DNA of 64,000 bases from an uncultured Gammaproteobacteria bacterium (GTDB taxonomy: Bacteria; Pseudomonadota; Gammaproteobacteria; UBA9214): the NCBI GenBank assembly GCA_963827755.1, contig CAWHCQ010000021.1, positions 64,001 to 128,000 of the forward strand. The letters are read 5' to 3'. The position numbers and the translations under genes are program-made. How positions within the stretch are numbered: position 1 is the first letter of the stretch; every line of letters begins with the position of its first letter. The notes under the pieces are model-generated. The model ran no database searches and was not told the DNA's origin. It saw only the letters and a program-made list of their open reading frames with translations. Shown here in pieces: positions 10,412-20,798 of the stretch.

Positions 10412-11635
10412 CTACCTGCGACTCGCCCGGTCCTGCGCTTTCAGCGCCCCGGGCTTGCCATAAAACCAGCTGCCCGGATTAAAGGGCCTGCCATCCTTGC
10501 GCAGTTCAAGGTAGAGCCCTGCACGCACCCGCCCGCCACTGCTGCCCGCTGCAGCAATTACCTCGTCGCGATCCACCCACTCGCCAACTTCCTTGTAGAG
10601 GCTGCTGTTCTGCCCGTAGAGCGACATGTAATTATCGCCATGATCGACGATCATCAACAAACCAAAGCCCCTTAGCCAGTCGGCAAAAACAACCCGGCCC
10701 CTGGCAATGACATGCACATCAGCACCGGCAGCCGAGGAAATATGTATACCACGGGAGCGCAATTTTCCGGAAGAATGCTGTTTTCCGTAGTGCATCGATA
10801 TATGGCCTGTCACCGGCCAGGCCAGCTTGCCCTTGAGTGAGCGCAAAGATACATACTCGCCGCCCGCCGGTAGAATATCCCTGATTGCCTGCTGCAGCGA
10901 CTGCACCAGTTGTTGCAGGCGCCGCTCATCCTCTTCCAGCGCAACAAGCTGGTCCGTCTTGCTGCTCAGCCTGTCTTGCAACTGCGCCAGTATTTCGCGC
11001 CGCTTGTCCTGCCGCACACGCAACTGTGAAGATTTCTTCTGCTGCCGCTCGATCAATTCCTCGATCTCGTTACGCTTTAGCGCCTGCTTGTGCTCGATAG
11101 CTGCAAGCCGCTCCAGTGTGGCCCGAATATCTTCCATCGCCTGTGCCCGTGCACGCATGAAGTACTGGTGATAAACCATCAGGCGACCAAGCGCTGCCGG
11201 CTCTTCCTGGTTAAGCAGCAGCTTTATCTGCTCCTGTTTGCCTGTCATGTAGGCAATCTGCAGTTCCTTTTCCAGGATTACCCGTGTTTTTTCCAGGTTT
11301 CTCTGCTCTGCATCAAACTTCCGTTGCAGGTCCACCAGCCCCTTGCGCGCCTGTTCTGCCTCATTGTCGAGACCGCGCAATGTTGCAGTTACAAGGCCGA
11401 TTTCCTTCTCTGCCTTTTCAAGCTTGTCCTGCATGACATCACGCTGGCCACGCATCTCTACAAGTTCATTCTTTAGCGCGCTGATGCGCTCGCGCAGCTG
11501 CTCAAGCTTTTCGGTATGTGCGGCCCGGGGTGCTTCAGTGGCATGCACTGTACCGGCAAGGAAAAACACCAGCAGGAGGACAACAGAAAAACCGCTCCCG
11601 GGTGATGTATGAAACATACGCACCGGGACAGTCAT
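10412..11635 (-). CDS. envC: Murein hydrolase activator EnvC (coiled coil plus degenerate M23)
   Basis: Long coiled coil, LAWPVTG, VVFADWLRGFGLLMIVDHG; gpmI-envC-ctpA-yibQ synteny; start uncertain. Confidence 0.92.
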   Translation of the reverse strand: MTVPVRMFHTSPGSGFSVVLLLVFFLAGTVHATEAPRAAHTEKLEQLRERISALKNELVEMRGQRDVMQDKLEKAEKEIGLVTATLRGLDNEAEQARKGLVDLQRKFDAEQRNLEKTRVILEKELQIAYMTGKQEQIKLLLNQEEPAALGRLMVYHQYFMRARAQAMEDIRATLERLAAIEHKQALKRNEIEELIERQQKKSSQLRVRQDKRREILAQLQDRLSSKTDQLVALEEDERRLQQLVQSLQQAIRDILPAGGEYVSLRSLKGKLAWPVTGHISMHYGKQHSSGKLRSRGIHISSAAGADVHVIARGRVVFADWLRGFGLLMIVDHGDNYMSLYGQNSSLYKEVGEWVDRDEVIAAAGSSGGRVRAGLYLELRKDGRPFNPGSWFYGKPGALKAQDRASRR

Positions 11636-11679
11636 CCGGACAAGGTCAAGCAGGGAGGTACTGAAAAATTTCGCCGGTT

Positions 11680-13314
11680 TCAGGCACTTCTGCCCTGGAC
11701 TTCAGCTGTAGCGGTCGGCTGACCGGTATCAGCGCTGGCAGGGAGCAATTCAATCAACGGTGTACCTGTCATTTCCGGTGGTATTTCCATATTCATCAGG
11801 TACAACATACTCGGTGCAATATCCGAGAGTGCACCATTCTCTGCGATTTGTGCCGGTCTGCCAATATACACCAGCGGCACCAGGTTGGTTGTATGCGCCG
11901 TGTGCGCCTGCCCGGTTTCACTGCTCAGCATCATTTCTGCATTACCATGGTCCGCCGTTATCAGCATCTCGCCGCCTGCTTTTTGCAGTGCAGTGCAGAT
12001 CCGTCCGAGTGCTGCGTCAATCGCCTCTATAGCCTTGACCGCAGCGTCAAACTTGCCGGTATGACCAACCATGTCGGGGTTGGCGTAATTACAGATAATA
12101 ACGTCATAGACGCCTCCCTCGATCGCCGCCACGAGATTATCGGTAACCTCGGGTGCGCTCATCTCCGGTTGCAGGTCATAGGTCGCCACCATCGGTGACT
12201 TCACCAGGATGCGATCTTCACCCTCAAACGGTGCTTCCCGGCCGCCATTGAAGAAGAAAGTGACGTGCGCATATTTTTCGGTTTCGGCCAGCCGCAACTG
12301 CCGCAAGCCCTGCGCGGCAATATATTCGCCAAAGACATTTTTCAGCCGTTCGGCCGGGTAGGCAACGGGAACATCGAATTCCGAATTGTATTCAGTAAGG
12401 CTTACAAAGCCGGCAAGCTTCGGCCTGGCTATACGTTCGAAGCCGTCGAAATCCGGCTCGATAAACGGACGGGTGATCTGGCGGGCACGATCCGAGCGGA
12501 AGTTCATGAAGATGACAACATCGCCGTCCTCTATCTGCACCGGCTGTGCGCCCGGCGGCACGATAGCCGTGGCCTTGACGAATTCATCGCCTTCGTCACG
12601 CGCGTAGGCCATGATCAGCGCAGTCTCCGCGTCTACCGCCTGGTACTCCGCCACACCGCGGGTGATCAGTTCATAGGCGGCCTGGATGCGCGGCCAGCGG
12701 TGATCGCGGTCCATCGCATAGTAACGCCCGATGATGGAGGCAAAGCGGCAACCCGGCAGTTCTTTAAATACCTCCTCCATAGCCTGGATGGTAGACTTTG
12801 CACTGCGCGGCGGCGTATCCCGGCCGTCCATGAAGGCATGCAGATAAACCTTGCTGGCGCCCTGTTGTGCCGCGAGCTTCACCATCGCATGAATATGCTC
12901 TTCATGGCTGTGCACGCCGCCGGGAGACAGCAGGCCCAGGATGTGAACCGCATTGCCGGTTGCGACCGCCTTGTCCACGGCGTCGGTCAGGGTTTGATTG
13001 CTGAAGAATGACCCGGTCTTGATGGCGCGGCTGACACGGGTAAATTCCTGGTACACCACCCGTCCCGCGCCCAGGTTTAAATGTCCCACCTCGGAGTTAC
13101 CCATCTGGCCCGCCGGCAAACCCACGGCAGCGCCGGAGGTACGAATCAGGCTCGCCGGGTAGTGCTTCCAGAGTCTGTCCCATACCGGGGTATTGGCAGC
13201 CGCGATCGCATTGTTTTGCGTCGTCTCGCTATAGCCCCAGCCATCGAGAATCAGCAGCACCAGCGGCCTGGCTGCCGCCTTGTCTGTAGACCTGGATGAT
13301 TGCTGCTCAGTCAT
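11680..13314 (-). CDS. gpmI: 2,3-bisphosphoglycerate-independent phosphoglycerate mutase
   Basis: [47 protein letters not shown]. Confidence 0.98.
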   Translation of the reverse strand: MTEQQSSRSTDKAAARPLVLLILDGWGYSETTQNNAIAAANTPVWDRLWKHYPASLIRTSGAAVGLPAGQMGNSEVGHLNLGAGRVVYQEFTRVSRAIKTGSFFSNQTLTDAVDKAVATGNAVHILGLLSPGGVHSHEEHIHAMVKLAAQQGASKVYLHAFMDGRDTPPRSAKSTIQAMEEVFKELPGCRFASIIGRYYAMDRDHRWPRIQAAYELITRGVAEYQAVDAETALIMAYARDEGDEFVKATAIVPPGAQPVQIEDGDVVIFMNFRSDRARQITRPFIEPDFDGFERIARPKLAGFVSLTEYNSEFDVPVAYPAERLKNVFGEYIAAQGLRQLRLAETEKYAHVTFFFNGGREAPFEGEDRILVKSPMVATYDLQPEMSAPEVTDNLVAAIEGGVYDVIICNYANPDMVGHTGKFDAAVKAIEAIDAALGRICTALQKAGGEMLITADHGNAEMMLSSETGQAHTAHTTNLVPLVYIGRPAQIAENGALSDIAPSMLYLMNMEIPPEMTGTPLIELLPASADTGQPTATAEVQGRSA

Positions 13315-13319
13315 AAGTA

Positions 13320-13334
13320 TTAGACTTATTCTAA
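13320..13334. promoter_or_regulatory. Candidate ArsR-family operator (TTAGA-N5-TCTAA palindrome)
   Basis: AT-rich inverted repeat just upstream of the gpmI start, in the divergent gpmI/arsR intergenic region. Confidence 0.35.
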
Positions 13335-13489
13335 ATCAAACCCTGGCACGACGCCAGCGCACCCTCGAAGCGGATCGGCACTCACGGCCCACCCTCCTCC
13401 CTCTATCCCGAACGGTTTATTATTGTATAATGTTTTAGTAATGAATGCAGTAAGCTGCGAATTATAACGGGATTTAAGGGGCAAGGCGC

Positions 13490-13807
13490 ATGGTCGCAAG
13501 CAGTGAGATATTGATTACACGCGAAGAAGACATCGAGCGCGCCTCGCGCTCGCTGAAGGCCATGTCGCACCCGCTGCGCCTGAAAATCCTCTGCACCCTG
13601 GGAGACCAGGAAATCAGCGTCCAGGATATCGTCGAGCGTGTCGGGACCTCGCAGAGCAATATTTCACAGCATCTCGCCATCTTGCGTGACAAGGGCATAC
13701 TGGCATCCCGCAAGGATGCCAACCGCGTCTACTACCGTGTTGGTGATAGCCGCACCCTGCGCCTGATCAGCATGATGCGTGAAGTCTTCTGCAGCCGACC
13801 GGATTGA
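13490..13807 (+). CDS. ArsR/SmtB family repressor, SqrR/BigR/YgaV-type
   Basis: LKAMSHPLRLKILC, SQSNISQHLAILR helix-turn-helix, C-terminal EVFC; two Cys in the persulfide-sensor positions. Confidence 0.88.
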   Translation: MVASSEILITREEDIERASRSLKAMSHPLRLKILCTLGDQEISVQDIVERVGTSQSNISQHLAILRDKGILASRKDANRVYYRVGDSRTLRLISMMREVFCSRPD

Positions 13808-13888
13808 TGTCCGGGTTTATCCCGGCAATTACCAGAACCGGCACTTCGCCCGATACTGCGCCCCGATCCACGTAACTCACAGTCTCGT

Positions 13889-14317
13889 ATGGATATCAAT
13901 CAACTCGTCGAATTCATCGGTAACCACACCTTGCTGGTGCTGGCACTGGTCGGCATAACAATCATGCTGATTGCGGGTGAGGTACAGCAACGCATCGGCG
14001 GTGTAAAAAATGTCGGGCCAAATGATGCAATCCGCATGCTGAATCACGAAAATGCCGTTATGATCGACATGCGCAAGCTCGAGGACTACCAGGCCGGCCA
14101 TATTGTCAATGCCGTTCACCTGCCCGGGAGCGACGACAGTGGCATGGGCAAGCTTGAGAAATTTCGCAAGCGGCCGCTCATTGTCTGCTGCCGCAGTGGG
14201 CAGACTTCAAACGCTATTTGCAGCAAATTGCGCAAACAGGGGTTTGAGCCGGTGTATAACCTGAAAGGCGGTTTACTGGCATGGCAGAATGCAAATCTTC
14301 CGTTAAGCAAAAGCTAG
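13889..14317 (+). CDS. Rhodanese-like domain protein (YibN-like)
   Basis: N-terminal TM helix, GHIVNA, CCRSGQTS, LKGGLLAWQNANLP. Confidence 0.9.
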   Translation: MDINQLVEFIGNHTLLVLALVGITIMLIAGEVQQRIGGVKNVGPNDAIRMLNHENAVMIDMRKLEDYQAGHIVNAVHLPGSDDSGMGKLEKFRKRPLIVCCRSGQTSNAICSKLRKQGFEPVYNLKGGLLAWQNANLPLSKS

Positions 14318-14374
14318 GCACTGTATTGCAACTGGCTACCGCTACATACATCAATTAACTACAGGAAACCCGCC

Positions 14375-14857
14375 ATGGCCGAAGAAGAACAGCCAGCAGC
14401 CAAAGACGACAATGATACCCCGATAGTTCAGCCGCAGAGCATTTACCTCAAGGATGTATCCTTCGAAACACCCAGCTCACCCGAGATCTTCACGGCCAAG
14501 TGGGAGCCGCAGGTGAACATCCAGATGGACAGCAGCAGCCAGGACCTGGGTGATAATTACCACGAGGTGGTGCTTTCCTTTACTGTTACAGTCAAAGTCG
14601 GCGATAAAACGGCCTACCTTGCTGAAATACACCAGGCCGGGATTTTTATCCTTACAGGTCTGACACCTGAACAGTTACATCGTACCCAGCATGTCTTCTG
14701 CCTGCGCTTTTTGCATCCCTACGCAATCGTAGCCGTCCTCGACCTGGTTACCAAGGGCGGCTTCCCGCAGTTCCTGATGCCGCCGGTCAATTTTAACAAG
14801 CGTTATACCGAGCGCTATGAAAGCGCTGAACAGGCCGGTGTGCCCGAAGCGTCATAA
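14375..14857 (+). CDS. secB: Protein-export chaperone SecB
   Basis: IYLKDVSFETP, AYLAEIHQAGIF, GGFPQFLMPPVNF. Confidence 0.93.
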   Translation: MAEEEQPAAKDDNDTPIVQPQSIYLKDVSFETPSSPEIFTAKWEPQVNIQMDSSSQDLGDNYHEVVLSFTVTVKVGDKTAYLAEIHQAGIFILTGLTPEQLHRTQHVFCLRFLHPYAIVAVLDLVTKGGFPQFLMPPVNFNKRYTERYESAEQAGVPEAS

Positions 14858-14923
14858 AGGAAAACAAGCCGGAGTGTCAAAAGGCAGCGCCATCGTCGAA
14901 CACCCTCTAATCGTTGCGGCCCC

Positions 14924-15929
14924 GTGAAGAGCACCCCGATTACTGTCCTCGGTGCCGGTTCCTGGGGTACGGCACTGGCCATCAGGCTTGCTGCCAGCAG
15001 TGAAACCTGCCTCTGGGGCCACGAAGCTGACTTCATGGCGACACTCTCCAGAGAGCGTGAGAACAGGCCGTTTCTTCCCGGCGCCGCGTTTCCCGACACG
15101 CTCGGCATTGAAGCCGGCCTGGCATGCGCCGTTTCGCAAAGCCGCGACCTGTTGCTGGCCATACCCAGTCATGCCTTTCGTGAGGTACTGGAAAAAGCGG
15201 CGCCTTCATTCAAAAATAACACGCGTATCGCCTGGGCAACCAAGGGCCTGGAGCAGGGCACAGGCAAATTTATGGGCGATATCCTCGATGAGCTGTTCGA
15301 TACCCGCTACCCGGCTGCCGTGATTTCGGGTCCTACCTTTGCCAGGGAAGTCGCCGCCGGCCTGCCGACAGCGCTGACGGTTGCCTCGAACAACCCGGAG
15401 TTTGCCAACGACCTGGCCGGCCGCCTGCACGGTGACGTGATGCGCGCCTATACCAGCGATGACATGACGGGTGTACAACTTGGCGGCACCGTCAAAAACG
15501 TATTGGCCATTGCTGCCGGTATTACCGATGGCCTGCAGCTGGGCGCCAACAGCCGGGCTGCCCTGGTGACCCGCGGACTGGCAGAAATGATCCGTCTGGG
15601 TGATGCCATGGGCGCAAAACGCGAAACCCTGATGGGCCTTGCCGGTGTCGGCGATCTCATCCTGACCTGCACCGATGACCTGTCACGCAACCGTCGACTC
15701 GGCCTGGCGCTGGGCAGGGGTACGCCCCTTGCGATTGCGTTAAAGGGAATTGGCCAGGTAGTGGAAGGCTTCAACACCGCCCGTGAAGTGGTACAGCTGG
15801 CGCGAAAATACAGGGTTGATATGCCGATATCCGAACAGGTCTACCGCATCCTTTACGATGGACCTGTCACCGAGAGACGCTGTTCACAACCTGCTGGCAC
15901 GCGACATCAAGTCTGAATCCAGGGTTTGA
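14924..15929 (+). CDS. gpsA: NAD(P)H-dependent glycerol-3-phosphate dehydrogenase (apparent +1 insertion near 15863)
   Basis: GAGSWGTALA, SGPTFA, KNVLAIAAG, GDLILTC..SRN; removing one C near 15863 gives the family-like end LSPRDAVHNLLARDIKSESRV*. Confidence 0.95.
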
Positions 15930-16377
15930 ATTCCTGCTGGCGCCAGGCCTCGTAGACCAGCACGGCGGCACTGTTCGACAGGTTCAGGCTACGGCTGTTG
16001 TCGGCCATCGGCAGGCGCAACACGGCATCCGGACCAAGGCTTTCCAGTACCTCGCCCGGCAGGCCCCGGGTTTCCGGACCAAACAGGAAGGCGTCCCCCG
16101 GCTGGTAGGCGACATCTGTGTAGGTGCGCGTGCCCCTGGTCGAGATGCCCCACAGCCGCAGCGGCCTGACCGTTTCCCGAAAGTCCTGCAACGAGGCATG
16201 CTCCCTGACGCGCGCAAACTCCCGGTAGTCGAGGCCGGCCCGGCGCAGCTTGCGATCGTCAAGTTCAAAACCCAGGGGATGAATCAGGTGCAGGGCACTG
16301 CCGGTATTGGCACAAAGGCGTATGATGTTACCGGTGTTCGGCGGTATCTCGGGCTGGTAGAGAACAACATGAAACAT
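15907..16377 (-). CDS. trmL: tRNA (cytidine/uridine(34)-2'-O)-methyltransferase TrmL
   Basis: MFHVVLYQPEIPPNTGNIIRLCANT, LRRAGLDY, FGPETRGLP, RSLNLSNS. Confidence 0.96.
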   Translation of the reverse strand: MFHVVLYQPEIPPNTGNIIRLCANTGSALHLIHPLGFELDDRKLRRAGLDYREFARVREHASLQDFRETVRPLRLWGISTRGTRTYTDVAYQPGDAFLFGPETRGLPGEVLESLGPDAVLRLPMADNSRSLNLSNSAAVLVYEAWRQQEFKPWIQT

Positions 16378-16393
16378 ATGGACAAGGATCCCT

Positions 16394-17374
16394 GTGGCTG
16401 CACTAACGGACGCTGAACAAAAAAAACTTGCCGTGGACTTTTGCGGCCTGTCGCTTGCCACACCCCTGGTACTGCTGTCCGGTTGCGTCGGGTTCGGCGA
16501 AGAATATACGCGGGTTGAAGGCTTTTCCAACCGTGATGTCGGCGCCGTGTGCCTGAAGGGGACCACGCTGGCGCCACGACTCGGTAACCCTGCGCACCGG
16601 ATTGCGGAAACCCCGGCCGGGATGATCAATGCCATCGGTCTGCAGAATCCCGGCACCGATCATGTCATTAACAACATTCTTCCGACACTCGATTTTTCAG
16701 AGACCCGGTTCATCGCCAATGTATCCGGTTCCACGCTCGAGGAATACACCGAGGTCACCCGGCGCTTCGATGATTCAGAGATCGACGCAATCGAAATCAA
16801 TATCTCCTGCCCGAACGTCAAGCAGGGCGGCGTGGCCTTCGGCAACGACCCGGACATGTCGGCACGGGTTGTCGCGGCCTGCAGGGCGGTCACGAAAAAA
16901 CCCCTGATCACCAAGCTGTCGCCCAACCAGACTGACATTGCCGACAATGCACGCCGCTGCATCGAGGCCGGCACCGACGGCTTTGCAGTGATCAATACCC
17001 TGATGGGCATGGCCATCGACACCGGTACACGCACCCCGGTGATCGGCAATAACCAGGGGGGCCTGTCGGGTCCGGCCATCAAGCCGATTGCCTTGCTGAT
17101 GGTGCACAAGGTCCACCAGGTCTGCAAAGCCCACAACATCCCGATTATCGGCCAGGGCGGAATTACCACGGCCAATGATGCCCTCGAGTTTCTCATCGCC
17201 GGCGCCGCCACGGTCGGCATCGGCACTGCGCTCTTCTATGACCCGCTGATCTGCAAGACCATCAACCGGGGCATCCTCGACTACCTGGCCGAACACGACA
17301 TGTCAGGTGTCCGCCAACTGACCGGCAGCCTGTCGCTGCACACGCACGCCGTCCCCGGCTGCAGTGCCGGCTGA
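16394..17374 (+). CDS. pyrD: Dihydroorotate dehydrogenase, family 1 (1B-like catalytic subunit)
   Basis: NAIGLQNPG, EINISCPNV (catalytic Cys), KLSPN, INTLMG, GGLSGPAIKP; no N-terminal membrane extension. Confidence 0.88.
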   Translation: MAALTDAEQKKLAVDFCGLSLATPLVLLSGCVGFGEEYTRVEGFSNRDVGAVCLKGTTLAPRLGNPAHRIAETPAGMINAIGLQNPGTDHVINNILPTLDFSETRFIANVSGSTLEEYTEVTRRFDDSEIDAIEINISCPNVKQGGVAFGNDPDMSARVVAACRAVTKKPLITKLSPNQTDIADNARRCIEAGTDGFAVINTLMGMAIDTGTRTPVIGNNQGGLSGPAIKPIALLMVHKVHQVCKAHNIPIIGQGGITTANDALEFLIAGAATVGIGTALFYDPLICKTINRGILDYLAEHDMSGVRQLTGSLSLHTHAVPGCSAG

Positions 17375-17443
17375 GCACTGCATGGAAAGCAGCGTCCGCT
17401 GGTTAACCCGAAAGATGTGCCTGTAGAAAAATCAGCATGCGTT

Positions 17444-18860
17444 TCAATTGCTGCCCGGCAAATCCAGCTCCTTCAACTTCCGGGTGAGTGTATTCCGGCC
17501 CCAGCCGAGCAGGCGTGCCGCCTCCTGGCGACGCCCGCCGGTGTAGTGCAGCGCGGCGTCGATCAAAATGCGTTCAAAGGCCGGCAGCGCTTCCTTCAGC
17601 AAGGGGGCCTTACCGGCGGCCAGCTGCAGCCTGGCCCATTGGCGCAACAGGGACTGCCAGTCACTTCCTGCGACACCGGATTCGCCGGTTGATTGCAGCA
17701 GGTCATCGGGCAGATCCTCTCTGCGAATTTCCTGGCCAGGCGCCATGACGGTCAGCCAGCGAGCACAGGTTCTCCAGCTGTCGCACATTGCCTGGCCAGG
17801 CCAGGCTGGAAAGGAGCTTTTCGACCTCGGCGGTCACCGATTTTGGCTCAACCTCGAGTTCGTGTGCCGCCTTTTCCAGGAAATACCTCATCAACATCGG
17901 GATATCGTCGGCACGTTCACGCAGCGATGGAATTTTTACCCGGATCACGTTGAGTCGATGAAACAGGTCTTCACGAAATTCCCCGTTGCGCACCCGCTGC
18001 TCCAGGTCCTGGTGGGTCGCCGCGATAATACGTACATCGACCTGCTTCGGCGTATGTGCACCAACCGGATAGAACTCGCCATCGGCCAGCACCCGCAGCA
18101 AACGCGTCTGCAGTTCCGCCGGCATATCCCCGATTTCATCCAGCATCAGGGTCCCGCCATCGGCCTGTTCAAAACGTCCCGCGCGGCTGTTCTGCGCGCC
18201 GGTAAATGCGCCGCGTTCATGGCCGAACAATTCGGATTCAAGTAAATCACGCGGGATGGCCGCCATGTTGAGCGCAACAAAGGGTTTGTCCGCACGCCGG
18301 CTGTGCCGATGCAGCGCCAGCGCAACCAGCTCCTTGCCGGTGCCTGACTCACCATTGATCAATACCGTGGCATTGGATCTCGACAAGCGCCCGATTGCCC
18401 GAAACACTTCCTGCATCGCAGGCGACTTGCCGATAATTTCCGGAACAGCCGGCCCGGCATCAGCGGCAGATGTTCCGGCCGGCTGTTCCGTGCGCACATC
18501 CAGCGCACGGTTAACCAGTGCCACGGCCGCATCCACATCAAACGGCTTGGGAAGGTATTCAAAGGCACCGCCCTTGTAAGCCGATACGGCACTGTCGAGA
18601 TCCGAGTGTGCCGTCATGATAATGACCGGCAACTCCGGGAACAGCTGATTTATACGCTCCAGCAGTTCCAGGCCATCCATGCCAGGCATACGGACATCGG
18701 TAACAATTACCGCCGGTTCCTGCTTGCTGATTGCTGTCAGTGCGCTGTCTGCCGACGCGTAACTGGCAACCTCCAACCCGGCACCCTCAAGGGCCTTTTC
18801 AAGGACAAAACGTATTGAACGGTCGTCATCGATGACACATATTTTACTGCTATGACTCAT
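17444..18860 (-). CDS. ntrC: Nitrogen regulation protein NR(I) NtrC (apparent +1 insertion near 17762)
   Basis: Receiver domain, GESGTGKE, ESELFGHERGAFTGA, WPGNVRQLEN; continues in another frame RWLTVMAPG...AARLLGWGRNTLTRKLKEL (HTH). Confidence 0.95.
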
Positions 18861-19933
18861 GCCTTCTTATCCAGTGGTAACAGTATTGTGAACACCGTTT
18901 TACCCGGTTTACTGCTGCATTCAATCAAGCCCTGATGACGGCTGATCAATGCCTGTGCAATGGAAAGCCCCAGTCCGGTACCATCACTGCGCCCTGTAAT
19001 CATCGGAAAAAAAACCTGCTTCTGCAGCATCTCGTCTATGCCAGGGCCGTTATCGATCACCTCTATACATGCAACCAGGCGGTGCTTGCGTGAGCCAATA
19101 TTGAAATTACGCTGCACCCGGGTGCGCAGCCTGATCGTGCCTGTACCCTTCAAGGCCTGTGCGGCATTGCGCACAACATTGAGGATCGCCTGTGTCAGCA
19201 AATCCCGGTCGACAGTGAGTTCCGGCAGGCTCGGATCATAATCCCGATCTATCTTCAGGCCGTCGCCGGCTTCAGCCAGCACCAGGCCGCGCACATGTTG
19301 CAGAATCTCGTGTATATTCACGGCTTGCAGCCGCGGGATGGTATTCGGACCGAGCATGCGGTCCATCAAGGCCTGCATACGGTCCGCCTCTCTGATAATA
19401 GTCTGCGTGTATTCCTTCAGTGACTCGTCATCGACTTTGCGTTCCAGCAGTTGTGCCGCCCCGCGCAACCCACCGAGCGGATTTTTGATTTCATGGGCGA
19501 GTCCGCGGATCACTGCATGAGTGGCCTGTTGCTGATTGATCAAACGCTCCTCCTCTTCGATACGCAGGTGATGGTCGATCTGGCGCATCTCCACCAGCAC
19601 ACTATTGACTGTCCCGTCCTCACTCATCGGGGTATACGTGCAATTCACACGCAGCTCATTTGTCTCGGGCAGCTCGAGCCGGCAACCGCGCTTGATAATG
19701 ACCTGTTCGGAGGTAATCGTTGCCGCCAGCTGTTCAACCATCTCGTCGGAATTGGCAAGCAACGCATGCACTGACCGCCCGCACAGGTGACGCGAACTGT
19801 GTGCAAACATCATTTCACCCGCACTGTTGATAAAAACCAGCTGCAGCCGTGTATTGAAAACCAGCAGCGCCGTGCTCTGGTGCTCGATTATTTGCTCGGC
19901 GAACTTCTCGGGGTAATCGTGGGCCTTGGGCAT
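18857..19933 (-). CDS. ntrB: Nitrogen regulation sensor kinase NR(II) NtrB
   Basis: PAS-like N-terminus, GLAHEIKNPLGGLRGAAQLL, DYDPSLP, DNGPG, GTGLGL; overlaps the ntrC start. Confidence 0.95.
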   Translation of the reverse strand: MPKAHDYPEKFAEQIIEHQSTALLVFNTRLQLVFINSAGEMMFAHSSRHLCGRSVHALLANSDEMVEQLAATITSEQVIIKRGCRLELPETNELRVNCTYTPMSEDGTVNSVLVEMRQIDHHLRIEEEERLINQQQATHAVIRGLAHEIKNPLGGLRGAAQLLERKVDDESLKEYTQTIIREADRMQALMDRMLGPNTIPRLQAVNIHEILQHVRGLVLAEAGDGLKIDRDYDPSLPELTVDRDLLTQAILNVVRNAAQALKGTGTIRLRTRVQRNFNIGSRKHRLVACIEVIDNGPGIDEMLQKQVFFPMITGRSDGTGLGLSIAQALISRHQGLIECSSKPGKTVFTILLPLDKKA

Positions 19934-19945
19934 ACACAGCGTTAC

Positions 19946-19961
19946 TGCAAGAACCAAACCA
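19946..19961 (-). promoter_or_regulatory. Putative sigma54 -24/-12 promoter of ntrBC
   Basis: Minus strand TGGTTTGGTTCTTGCA = GG-N10-GC with TTGCA; NtrC site ~130 bp upstream. Confidence 0.6.
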
Positions 19962-20011
19962 GAATACGAGCGAACCGTAAATGGCTGGTGGATAATAAAC
20001 TTATCTTTTTA

Positions 20012-20024
20012 TATCAATCAGATA
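20012..20024 (+). promoter_or_regulatory. Putative IHF site
   Basis: TATCAATCAGATA (one mismatch to WATCARNNNNTTR) with adjacent A/T tract, between the NtrC site and the sigma54 element. Confidence 0.4.
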
Positions 20025-20079
20025 AGAACACTCTATGGCCGTGTGGCCGGAACAGGCGACAACACGGGCATAGCCATTA

Positions 20080-20096
20080 TGCACCAATATGGTGCG
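20080..20096. promoter_or_regulatory. NtrC binding site upstream of ntrB
   Basis: TGCACCAATATGGTGCG, one mismatch from TGCACCA-N3-TGGTGCA. Confidence 0.8.
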
Positions 20097-20132
20097 ATGA
20101 TGCCAGTATCTGATTATTTTGCCGGGGGGGTG

Positions 20133-20798
20133 TTACCTGGAATCAGGCGGTTTTGATCTTGGCAGGTTCGGGTTTATCGGGCCGGGTGCATTCGGATTAT
20201 TCTTGATGTTGTAGGGATTGTTGGGATTATTGGCAATGTTATCCGGATTTCTGAGGCTCTTCGGGTTATCCGGATTGTTTAAATTTACCGCATTTAAAGC
20301 CGAGACCCGTTTTACATGGATGGTCACAGGGTCGGCACTGAAGAGCGCCTTGCCCCCGGCATCGAACACAACGGCACCCAGCACATGGGTGCCACGATCC
20401 AGGTTCTTCAGCGTAAACTTTGCACTCGCAACCGCTTCGCCATGGGGCTCATCATCGATATAACACTGGATTTCATGCCCTTGCCGTCTCTTCAGCGGCG
20501 GGTCCAGTTTGAGACTTACAGCCACCTCACCCGTTTGATCGCGGATGACCAGATCATTTAGCGGCTCGACAAATACCATGCTCTTGTAAATGCCCGCCGC
20601 CACCGCTGGCTGGTCAGGTTGAGGCGGCTGCGCTTGCTCAGTCGGCGTGTAGGTGGACAGAGGCGGCAGTTTCATTCGCTGCGCACTCGGTGATGGCCTG
20701 TCTGAATAGACCCATTCACCCTTTTCATCTTGAGACTTGTAGATCTCTGCTTCGACGGCACAGCTGACCAGTACGAGCAAAACCAGTAATTTCTTCAT
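20133..20798 (-). CDS. Exported DUF4124-domain protein with Ig-like middle and Asn/Pro-rich tail
   Basis: Signal peptide MKKLLVLLVLVSCAVEA then EIYKSQDEKGEWVYSDRP (DUF4124 pattern), LKNLDRGTHVL; typical position between glnA and ntrB. Confidence 0.8.
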   Translation of the reverse strand: MKKLLVLLVLVSCAVEAEIYKSQDEKGEWVYSDRPSPSAQRMKLPPLSTYTPTEQAQPPQPDQPAVAAGIYKSMVFVEPLNDLVIRDQTGEVAVSLKLDPPLKRRQGHEIQCYIDDEPHGEAVASAKFTLKNLDRGTHVLGAVVFDAGGKALFSADPVTIHVKRVSALNAVNLNNPDNPKSLRNPDNIANNPNNPYNIKNNPNAPGPINPNLPRSKPPDSR

